Origin: Paragordius varius
Lineage: Eukaryota; Animalia; Nematomorpha
Direction of reading: 5' to 3'
Length of the DNA stretch: 64,000 nucleotides
Assembly (NCBI GenBank): GCA_964247055.1
Contig: OZ176053.1
Span: 2,604,001 to 2,668,000 of the forward strand
The notes under the pieces were generated by a model, which saw only the letters and a list, made by a program, of their open reading frames with translations, ran no database searches and was not told the DNA's origin. Positions 10,720 through 22,800 of the stretch are shown one piece after another (within the stretch, counting starts at the first letter, position 1; each line of letters begins with the position of its first letter). The translations under genes were made by a program, and so were the position numbers.

Positions 10720-13451
10720 TGCAAATTAAATTGGGGTATCTAGGAAGCTCAGATAATATTTAAATAAATATTTTTTAAAAATTACTAAAAAATGGTTCAA
10801 TGCTTCTATCCTAATGAAATTATATAAATAGGCCAAAATATCCAAATAAATTTAGTTTTGAAAAAAATGTCGATATCAAATTTCTTTGACCTTATTTTTA
10901 TTTTATATTTTGGCAATATATCGTGTTTATTTAATAACGCTAAAATTAATGCTAATTTTTTATTATAAGCATATCTAACATTAATATAAACAGAAAAATT
11001 AATTTATTTTGCATCCATTTTTTTTAGTTATTGTACACATATAATGTTGACTAAAGTTTTATTTGAGTTTTATTCATAAAATAGTAATATTTAGTTTTTT
11101 AATGAATTTTTATTAATATTTAGGTACTTCAAGGTTATATAAGTGTAATTTGCAATGGTTTCAATATGTTCGATATTTTTAGAATATTTAATTTTGGATA
11201 GGCCAAGAGGCTTCAAGACCTCATTTCGGAGGATTGAAAAAAATATGTTGTATCCAAGCCTTAATAAAATTACCTTGTCTTCCAATTTATATGATATAAT
11301 ATTTATATTATTATTAAATGATTTACATTTACCAAAAAAACTTCGAATAAGGTGCGCAAAATTTAAATTTTCCAACTTATGATGGATATAAAACTTGCAA
11401 TTCAATCTCGTAAATTTTATAATCCGTATCTGAGAAACGTTATTCGTTTTTCCTTATAATATAAATATTTCATCAGTAAGAATTTTTTCGCACCGCATAA
11501 AAACATTGTTATCCATAAAATTTTATTTTAACACTTCGATTTAAATTGGGGTATCTAAATGCCCTAGACAATATTTAAATTGATATTTTTAAAAAACTAA
11601 TGAATGACAGTTTACATACACTTAAAAACAACACATTCATTTTAGTCCTTCGATTCGAATTGGGGTAGTTAGATACCCCAGCCCTGTTTAAAATTAAATT
11701 TTTTTAAAAAATATGGAAGGAATCGAAATGGCAAAACTTTGCACTTATATAACATTAATGAAGGAAAATATATAAAATTTATTATATACTTGATATTACT
11801 AATTTTAAGCCAAAACCGAAAGGTAAACATTTAGTTAACGTGATATGTGTGCGATGGTAAAATTAAAAAATAATACAAAATAAACCGCACTTTCTATTTC
11901 TACCAATGTTAGATGTCATTTAAATAAAAAATTAGCTTTAATTTTACCCTTAACACTAGATGAAGACGATATTTTGCAAAAATTATGTAAAATTAATATG
12001 GCGTCGAAGTAGTTTGACATTGAACTTTTTTTTCAAAACAAAATTTTATTTAGATATTTTGGCATATTTATAAAATTTTTATTAGGATAGAAGCATAAAT
12101 TTAAATTGGGACCGTTTCCTTCAGTAGTTTTTTAAAAATCTTAAGTCAATTTTAATCTGTGGTTTAGATACCCCAATTTGAATTGAAGTGTTAAATTTAT
12201 GCTTCTATCCCAATAAAAATTATATAAATAAGCCAAATTATAACTAAAATTTAGTTTGATAAAACCTTATCCAACTACTTCGTTGCCATTTTTATTTTAA
12301 AACATTTTAGCAAAATATCGTGTTAATTTAAATTTAAAGCTAAAATTAATTCTAATATTTTATTTAAATTACATCTAAAATTGATAAAGCTCACATGTCA
12401 TGTTGACTGAATTTTTACCTTTGTGTTTTACCTTAAAACAAGTAATATCAAGTAATGTTGAATGATTGTTTTATATTTTTGTTCGTATAAGTGCAAACTT
12501 TAGCCATGGTTTTAATTCTTTCCATATTTTTCAATTTTAAACAGGCCGGGGGGATCCAACTACCCCGATTTGAATCGAAGGACTGAAATGAATGAGTTGT
12601 ATTCATATGTTATAATATTTAACACTCCATCACCTTTTCGCTTTTTTGTGCGCGGTGGTATATTGGGGTAGTTTTATATCCCACACTCTTATCTTGTAAA
12701 TAAACTTTAGTTATAATAAACATTGTTCTCCTGTATTTTAAAATCATTTTTACATATTTATAGATTCTTGAGTCTAAACAGGATATTTTAAAATATCACT
12801 AAATATCAAGTATTTGCTGGTAAAATATACCCAGGTTTATCAAAGTTAATTAATTATTTATATTTTAATCTATAATATATATTTATTTGCCGAATATTGA
12901 AAAAATTAAAAAAAAGTTTCCATTATGCGCCTAAAAGGCTAAATATAATTTTATAAATTCAAACTTATATCTTAAAACTTGGATGAAACACATTCATTTC
13001 AGTCCTTTGGGGTAGATAGATGGCCTTAAAATTAATTACTTCAAAAAATATCGAAGGAGTTGGAACCATGGCAAATGTTTGCAACAGAAATATAAAATTT
13101 TTTTTTCAAATATATTTGATATTACTTATTTTAAGGTAAAACCTAAAGGTAAAAATTTAACATAACATGTGTGCATTAGCTAAATCTAAATAATACAAAA
13201 TCAACCATTTTTTTTGTTTCTATCAATGTTAGATGTGATCCAAATAATAAATTAGCTTAAATTATAGCTTAAAATTAAATTAACAAAATATTTTGCAAGT
13301 CTTAATAAAAATAGCAAAATTAAATCTTATTTGGTCAGCTTATTTTAATTCTTATTAGGATAGAAGCATAAATTTAATTGGGGCCGTTTCTTTCAGTATT
13401 TTTTTTAAAAATAACCTAAATATAGCCTGGGAATTTGAATCGAAGTGGTAA
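10720..13451. mobile_element. Cluster of about five TTAA-MITE copies or fragments upstream of MSH2
   Basis: Minus partial ~10725-11000; terminal fragment 11528-11600; plus copy ~11617-12194; minus partial ~12191-12616; plus degraded copy ~12972-13451. All share the ATTGGGGTA(G/T) end motif and internal blocks. Confidence 0.8.
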
Positions 13452-13827
13452 TATGTAAATGGCCAAATTTTAAATTACTTTTTAATATAACTTACACCAA
13501 AAGATCATGAAGTGTTAATCTAAAGCAAAAAATTACAAAATGGAAGTACATCCGCAAAGCTTTTACAAAGAAAAAGCATATCCCCTTAAAAATTAATTTT
13601 TAAACTAATATCTTAATAAATCTTCTCAATTTAATGAGTTATTAGGGACGGATTATGTTGTTAAAATAACAGTTCTGGAATCAATTAAATTATATTTCAA
13701 TTAATCATTAGTGAATATCAGGATATGTATCCAGAAAAGGGTGTGACAGGCTCGCACCTTACCGCCACTGTCCACACCTTCTTAATTAAAGGCAACAAGC
13801 AGCACTCATTCATATATTCAAATCAAA

Positions 13828-16800
13828 ATGTTTGGTATTTAAAATTATTTTATATGTAGATGAAATTTTTTTTAATTATTACAATACTCTTAACGCCAAA
13901 GTAATTTACAATATAATTTAGGATGCACATTCAATACATATTTTTCAAAAAGGGGTAGTCGTATATTTTATTAATAGGATTTATACGGACTGTTTGGCCA
14001 AGATGCAAAATTAATAAATCGTTATATAGATATTGGATTGTCAAACAAGACCGTAGATTTCGGTTTCAATATGTAACTATTTTACAGGGTGCCAAACCTA
14101 TGAATATATTATCTTCCAGAATAATATTTATGAAAAAATTATTAATTATGCTCTTAATGACATAAATTATATTGTATATCAACATACATATGAAAGATGT
14201 TGGAAAGCATCTACCATTGTATTATATTTTTCTAATACTTTTAGTTAAGTCCCGGAAAGTATTCTATGATAGACGATAATATTCCTGCTCAAAATTTGAA
14301 TTTATCAGGATGTCAATTAATTGCCGTTAATATATCGTGTGAATCTCAATTGGTTTTTTTTAAAGTTAATTATAGATATTGGGTATTGCTTGTTTAGATA
14401 ATGATTCAAATATTTTTAAAATTTTGGAGATTATGGATGATGTGCAATTGTCTCAATTTGAAGTTAATATGATTCATCTATAATAGAATATAATTTCTTG
14501 GTTGATGCCAAAAGAATGTCTAATTCCATCAAATTTACAAACTTATTCTCTTGAAATATTTAATAAAGTAACCCAGATTTCTCACTCGTATCAAATGCTT
14601 TTAACAAATTGTTTGAAAAGTAATTTTTAATTCTTTGCTTATTTATAGGTAATTTTTTATCCGACAACATTGTTTCTGATTTAAACAAACTTTTGTACTT
14701 TCCTGAAGGGAAGTCCTGTAACTTTGGCACGGACACAGAATTTACAGATTGTCAACTTGCTCTCACTAGTTTATCGGCTATCATAAAATATTCTGATGTA
14801 ATTTTTTTTCTCTTTTTAATTAAGTTTTTATAATTTAACGCTTTATTATTTTAGATAATTGATAAATATAAAATTGTAAATTTTCTAAGTCCCATGAAAA
14901 TTACTATGAGCACTAAAAAGTAAATATTTGAGTATTAATCATAAGAGGAAAACTTTTTTACACATATATGTTTAACGTGTTATGAAATATTTTAATGTAA
15001 TGAAATAATATAATTCATCTATATACAATTATGTACAATGTATATATTATAAATTTTTATTTGGTTATATATCCTTAATTTGAGTTTCTATAAATTATAC
15101 CAAAATAAATAAAAATGAAGTTTTAAACTGGTAAGTAACTGTCGACCCCTTGGAAATTAAAATAATTAGTTCCTTCCCTCCATTTGTCTTTCCTATACTG
15201 TTTCCTTTAATTCTCCAATCCTATGAGACTTTTCTTACACACTCCAGCTATTTTAACATGGGTCTTTGCACCTCTGACCTTTGACTACTTCTAAATTTAA
15301 ATCTTTTTAAGAAATTTCGTGCTTCTTAAATTGTTACTTATATAAATGAATCCTTTTCGGAATAGCTCTTATTAAGCTGATCTTGGTACCTAATTTTTCC
15401 AATATTGTTTCATTCTTAACCCGACAGACCATATTATTTTATTTAATCATCTTCTCCCACATTATATTAATAATGGAATTATTTTTTATCACTCCATAAG
15501 TTTTTTCTACAACATAAATCGATACAGGAAACCTTATGCATTTTTTCCCTTAGTTTAATTAATGATATCTTTACTTTTTTATAACTAAGTCAGCTTAATG
15601 GCTGCTTCTTTCCTAATGTTATATGACGTTAATGTTGGCCTATGGGAGCCGTTAACATGAAAGACAACAATGATAGATTTGCTTATACAACTTCTACCGG
15701 GGTGTCGTCTACACTTATTTTGGGTAAGAAAGAATTCGATAGGTATCTGATTGAATATAAGAAAATAGCATAGGAAAGAGGCATATGGGGAATTTGTTGA
15801 TTTAATTTCCAAGGGGTTGAATTTGGCCAAATATATTTTTATACAAGATTGTCAATTTTCTTATAATCATCAAGTCGTTGTTTCTCTAGCTTGTGCATTC
15901 TTTCATATTTTTTGAGCGAAATAACTTGCGATCGAGACAGTCGTCTTTGGTCAATTGAGTTATGTTTACATCGTGGCTAATAATTTTGTCCCAATCATAA
16001 TATGGTTTGCCTCGTCTTAAATTGCCATCGGATGGAAAGATCTTTATCTAATAAATCTTTTATATATTTGTCATTACATTATCATTCGTATGGGGATTCG
16101 TCGGTACACCTGTTAGATTTTAGTCCAATCTTTTCTTGATCAGCTGATTCTAGATTTAAATTAAGCTATTCGAGGTCTTTTGTTATTGTGTTGAGCCATG
16201 TGGCATGGGGTGGATTTGGCTGGTAGTTTAACCGATTATTTTTCATGAACGCTCAAATGGTTGGATTAACTAAATTAGATCATTTCACCCGAACCAATTT
16301 AAGACGAGGCAGACCATATCATGATTGGGAAAAAACAATCAGCCTTGACTTAAACTTAACTCAATTGAACAAACACGACGACTGTCTCGATCGCAAGTTA
16401 TTTCGCTCAAGAATTTGGAAGCTGGCTCATGCTGGAGAAACAACGACCTGATGATGATGAGTAAGGATATGCGTTTTAAAGGATTATTAATTTAGTGTGA
16501 TACGTGCTAAGCTACACCAACCTCATAGTTAGCATTGCTATCATATTAATAAGTTATAGTAGTTTTTGTTTTTACAAACGTATATATCATAGGAGAACAT
16601 ATTTGGATATATAAAATTAGACATTATTATCTCATAAATATAAAACAAAATTTTATATTTGGCTGTAATAATGTACTCTCAATATCGTTATGATTTTTTA
16701 AACTTATAATTAAAAGGTTTACCCCATTTTTTCAAGTATACATACCTTTTTATCTATCAAGGGTGTCCAACGCAAAGCCCATCGCTGGCCGCATTAAATA

Positions 16801-19800
16801 TATTACAATTATTTTAAAAAGGCTGTAAAAAAATGTCCGACGACAACATAACTACTATTTACCAATTTTTGTTATTGGATTATTAATTTTATTTACTAAA
16901 TAGTTATGTAAATTATTGAATCCTAGTTATATTTTGTTTTTTAAACTTTTTGCGGGATACAAATACTATCGCGCAAGGCCGGATCGAATGTTATATACCC
17001 GTGACAAAAATTTAAATATTTTATGTTTTTTTTTCAAAAGGCGTTACATATATAATTAAAACTAAATGTTTTTTTATTTAATCCATATAGTTATTATCTT
17101 TGGAAGGGAATACAAACATTTATAACATGGAACGATTAACTATTGATTCCTATTTAAGACTTGATTCTGCCGCAATAAATGCCCTCAACTTATTTCCACT
17201 TTCAGATTCAGGTTTAGAAATAATTAATGGAGCTAATATTTGCCAGACCAATCTTTTATTTTATAGCGATTTTAATTTTGATCATAAAAATATCTTAATA
17301 TCGGACTAAATAAATCGAAAAAATACATTTTGTAGCTTTTAAGGTGCATTATTAGGTATTATTAATAAAAATTCTAAAAGGTTTACCATCTTTTTTTTAA
17401 TAAAAAACTAACAAATGAAAATTTTATTCAATGTAATTGATTAATTCTGGAGTGCTTTTAATTAAATTTAAAGGTTTATTTATATATTGATTTTTTTCGA
17501 ATCAAATGTTTTATTATGAGCATAAGCATAGAGTTTATAACTAGTCTAAATCTACAAAATAATAGAAGTTCTTGTATTTAAAATAATGTTAGAGTGTTTG
17601 TAATTGTAATAAATTTTTAAAAGATTTATGGTATGGTAGATAAGGTCTTGAACTTTCCTAAGATACTTCAGAGTTCTATCATTTCTGTCAGCGTTGGGGC
17701 GACTGATATTTAAACCCTTACCTCTTAAACAAACAAATAAAAGTTTTAACCATATATATAAAATGTGTAAAGGTAATTAAACAAAAATATATTTAGTTAT
17801 TTATATATATCAAGGTAACACTGGCGAAATGAAAGTAGCAAACAATTTGTATGATTTATTAAATCGTTGTCAAACAGCCGCAGGTTCTCGACTATTATGT
17901 CGCTGGATACGTCAACCATTTACCAATATATCCATTATTGGTTAATATTTTGATACTATTTAAATATTATATACTTTGAAAATTGGTATATTAATAGGCT
18001 TTTTATGCAAAATTATTTCTAAATATATAATGGCAAATATATATGAAAAATATTTTGATTGCACCTTTATAACTATGATTTTGGGATCATGTCAATTTTA
18101 TTTTTCAATAAAAATTATACTTGAAATACTTTGTACTATTTCCAACTCGCTTTCATAGAATATATTCGACCTAAATTTGAATAATTGTGTTATTCATATT
18201 AAACAACAGAAAAAAGATTAGATATGGTGGAAGCTTTATTGCATTGTCACGATTTGCGAAAATCTCTCACAGAGGTACATTTACGACGGATACCAGATAT
18301 TCAACGCATAACACGCAAAATTATACGGAGAAAGTCTAACCTTCAGGTAAAATATTCAGAGCTTTAGAAAATTTTCATGCAATTTTTTATAATAACTAGT
18401 TTTTATATAAATATATACGTTATTATTTTATAATTATAATTCACCTGTGTTAATTTTTCTTATAAAAAATTATGATAAAAATACGTGATTTATATGATGT
18501 ATCTAAACTGTAAAGTAATGATCAAATTAATCTAAAAAAAATTATTTCTTATTAAATAACAGTATATAGTAATTTATTTGGTGAAATATGGTTACTGTTT
18601 TAACAATGCTTTCTTTGAAATCAAATAAAGCTCGTAAACTAGTTACTGCATTTTTACCACTTCTATAAAGGTTTATAAAATATAAAAAAAATGTAATATT
18701 AATTTAGGATCTATACAAATTGTACAAAGCTATCACTTGGCTATCACATATTGATAACGCATTCAAAGAGGCAATACAAAATTACACTTCTTTAACAAAC
18801 AATAATAATAATAATATGGTCGATGGGAATGATCCTGATAATATTCATAAAATATTAACTGATTTTAGCGATAAAATTCAACAATTTATTCAAACGTTTC
18901 ACAAGTTTTGTCAAATGGTGGAAACTATGTTAAACATTGAACGTGTTGAAAACAATCATGAATATTTGATTAGAGCCGAATTCGACGAAGATTTAGCAGG
19001 TTAGTTTTTATTTGCATTATGTTTTAACCTCTTAATGTAATTGATATCTTTTATTTAATTTAGTTCTTATAGAGTTCAATTGATACTTTTAATATTAGCC
19101 AAATGTGCAGTAAAATGTCATTCTGATTTTTTTACAATATATGTAATTGTTAAACATGTAAAACAAACGTCTTTTACATTTGTTGCTACAATTTAATGAA
19201 CTTTCGGTTACATTTTGGTTACAATTTTTTTAAGATTAAATTTTTATATTTTCATATGTAGATGATAGGTATAAATATATAACCGATCTTTTTGACAATT
19301 GGTAAATCTTTGACAATCTCAATAAAATTTTATCGTATTAGAACTACAAGAACGCCTGGATGACATTGAAAACAAAATGCAAAAACATTACCGGTTTGTT
19401 GCCAAGGATTTGGGATTTGATTGCAATAATCAATCGAAAGGTAGTCAATCTTCTGCCCTAAAATTGGAAAATGGCCCTTTGATTGGTTATCACTTTCGAA
19501 TAACTAAAAAAGTACACGTTTTTTTTGGCCATAATTATTAATATATATATAATATGTATAAAAGTGAATGGTATATACACAAAACACATACAAAATAACC
19601 CGATGAAATACATATGTTGGAATGGAAATATTAATGCTGCTTTTAGTTGTGGTTTTACTGAATCTAATGTTATGATTATCGAAATCGAAATTCCACTTTT
19701 AATGCATTTTACATTAAATAAACATTTTATGGCTAAATTTGAATGGGCATTGTTATTGTTAAAGGAAAGTTTTATTTGAAAATTTAAACAATTGTAAGCC

Positions 19801-22800
19801 TATTTTTAAATTCTAAAATGAGTTTTATCGGATGGTGTTTTCCTTGAGTCGCAATAATTTTTATATATCCTAGCATTTAAATTTATTGATCTTTTATATA
19901 TTGATTGTAAGAGAAATATTTTAGCAAAATTTGTTACCAATATAAAATAAGAACGCATTTTAATAGTTGGCCTTTTTATTACCAATCTCGTTTTTAAGCA
20001 CACTATTTTAATTTATCTGGTTTAAAAATTCGTATTTTTATGAGAGTTTATCATATATAAAAACTTTAAACATTGAGCTTTTATAATTTATACCATAATG
20101 TTTACCAATTTCATTTAATTTTGAATTGGCTATATTTTTTTTAATTATTAATATTTAAAACTAGTTTTATGCCACATTTTATCTTTATACGTTAATTTTC
20201 TTATTTAATTTTTTTAGGTCCAATTTTCAATATTTTTGATTCTAAATCTTGCTAATAAAAAGATTTTAACCTTTTTCTTCTATAGTAACACCTAAATTCT
20301 TTATTAATATAGATATTTTTCTTTACAGGGTAACTCAATTAAAATAATTAATTGTTATATTAGTTTATTTGTTTCAATATTTTAAATTATGAGTTTCAAT
20401 TTAATTTGTATGTAGGATGAAAAGTATCTCAGAAACGTTCACCATTATCGCATTATTGATACAAACAAAGGTGGTGTGCGTTTTCGCGATTTAAAATTAG
20501 AAGATTTAAATTCTCAGCACGCAGAAGCTAAAATGGCTTATGATGAACAACAAAAAATTGTTTTGGCTGAAATCCTAAACATTGCAGGTTTTTGTTAATT
20601 TTTTAACTATATACTAAACGGGATGATGCTATATATTGTAAAAAGGTAGATAATAACTAATTTGAGACATTATGGGTTATTTTCATACCTTTTCTTAACC
20701 TATACATACAATGATCCAAATAAATAATTTAGAGATAGTCTTACCTTCAAATAATAATCAAGGGAATGCCGTTTAAATTTATTTGATTTTGTAGAGAAAC
20801 ATTTTGGTTGGTTTTAAAATAAAATTCGGTTATATAATATAATGCCACATTTTTTAATCATACCACACTCCTGAAATGCATGCTTATATGTAATAATTTA
20901 TCGATGTTAATAAACCATATATTAGATAACATGATTGACGATATAAAATCATCTCTTCTTCTAATCACTACAATAAAGAAATAAGTTTGTAACTGAAATT
21001 AAATTATATTATATTTTATATGATCTTTTCTCGAGGCAGCATAATACCAAGACAACCCTTATAACTGTGATGAGCAATCTCATAACACACCTCAATAATG
21101 AATTATAATATTTTGGTTTCAGGAAAACCGTATGAGATATTCCGCTAATAAGAACGTACGAGGTTTTATTATCTGCTATGCAGAGCGTGTTACATTCTTG
21201 GGTTGATGGAAAGGCCACATTTCTGAAGTAGTTTAGATATGATGATTAGAGTTTTTTGATGGAAACGGTGTCCGCTGATATTACCATATCATCGGCATAG
21301 GCAGAGATATCGTGGCCTTGTTTGGAAACTAATTCTATTATGTGATTGATTGACGTGTTGAAGAGAATGCCTGACAGAGGCTCGGTTTGATGCCAGATTT
21401 TATCAGGGTAGGAGATGTGTAAGAATCCCCCATATTAAATTGTGTATAAACGTCAGAATAACAGTCCGAGATTAGATTGATTTATATTTGAGACATGCCA
21501 AAGTTTTTTAAACTTTCAAAAACTAATTTGTGAGGGATATTTGTCTAAGGCTGCAGCAATGTCTAGCCAAGTGATGTATAAGTTTTTCTCATGAATGACG
21601 TTAATTTTTATGGTTAAGATATAGTAATTTTGAAGCAGCCATCATATCGCATGAAACTTTTTTTGTCGGGGTAAGATAGGATAATTAAGTAGTTTGTAAT
21701 TTTATGTTGTAAACGTAATGGATTTTTTCCAGTATACAACGATCTTGATGTTATTGTTTTTCAATTACCTATACACACTATATAAGGCATTTTATTTCGT
21801 TATAATTCATTTAATTTTTTTTCATACGCATTCTAGTTTGTTTTCTTAATAATAGGAGGTGAATAATTTGTAGATATTGTTAAAAAGAATTAGTAGTGAC
21901 TAACTGTTTATTTTGTTTGGGTCACCATTTTTTAGGTGAAAATTAAGAATTTTCCAGGATGTCGGGATTTCCTCTTTGGCGATGACATGTTGCGCTATTT
22001 ACTATATAAGTATATTAACCTCTTGACTAGGGTGAGCGTGGGTAAATTAATATCAGATGGATATTCAGAAGTAGTCCATAATAGTTTTTTTCAATGTATC
22101 AACTATATGGAGTATGGGTAAATAATAAGTAGAACGTTTGTTAAAAAAACTAAATTATTTTTTAATATATTATGTGGGCTATCCTGGAGGCAGTGCAATA
22201 CCAGGGCAACCCTTACAACTGTGATGAGCAAGCTCAGAGCACAGTTGTACATCTCAAAAATGGAATATAATATCTAAGGTTTCAGGAGAAACCGTATCAG
22301 ATATTAAGCTGATAAGAACGAGTTCTACACTTTGATCTTAGCCAAGAGGCCGAGAAGCGATAAATCTTAGTAAGAGATCCCTTTCATTATATAGATTTTG
22401 AAATGTTCACGGTATCAGTATGTTAAATTCATTTTGTATCATGGAAAAAAAGGTTAATACGTTTTTATTGCGTTTATCAAATATTATACAGTATCATAGA
22501 TTTTTATTATTTTTTGATATTCTCGTTCATGCCTTTATTTTTAAATATGTACTTATTTTGTTTTGTTAATCCGCATTCTATAATATATAATAACATATGG
22601 TAAATATGGCGATAAATACTCATACACTAAATAGGAATTATTACTAACATCATGAGTGTCCGATATAAATGGCTTCGCGGGCTGCATTTGCAAAATCAAT
22701 AGTAAATTAATCAGATTTCAAACATAAGGAACTATCATCTATTTCACCTATTTTCGGTAGTTGTTGCTAATGGGAAAATCTGTTTAAAAAATACAAATTT

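Noticed and set aside
11091-11405. 104-aa minus-strand ORF (with an overlapping plus ORF)
   Set aside because: No recognisable motif, it sits among MITE fragments, and its composition is typical of AT-rich chance ORFs; coding status is unresolved.
14073-14087. A possible 15-nt intron (GTAACTATTTTACAG) in MSH2
   Set aside because: It gives a frame that stops within four codons; the 25-nt intron 14063-14087 restores the frame.
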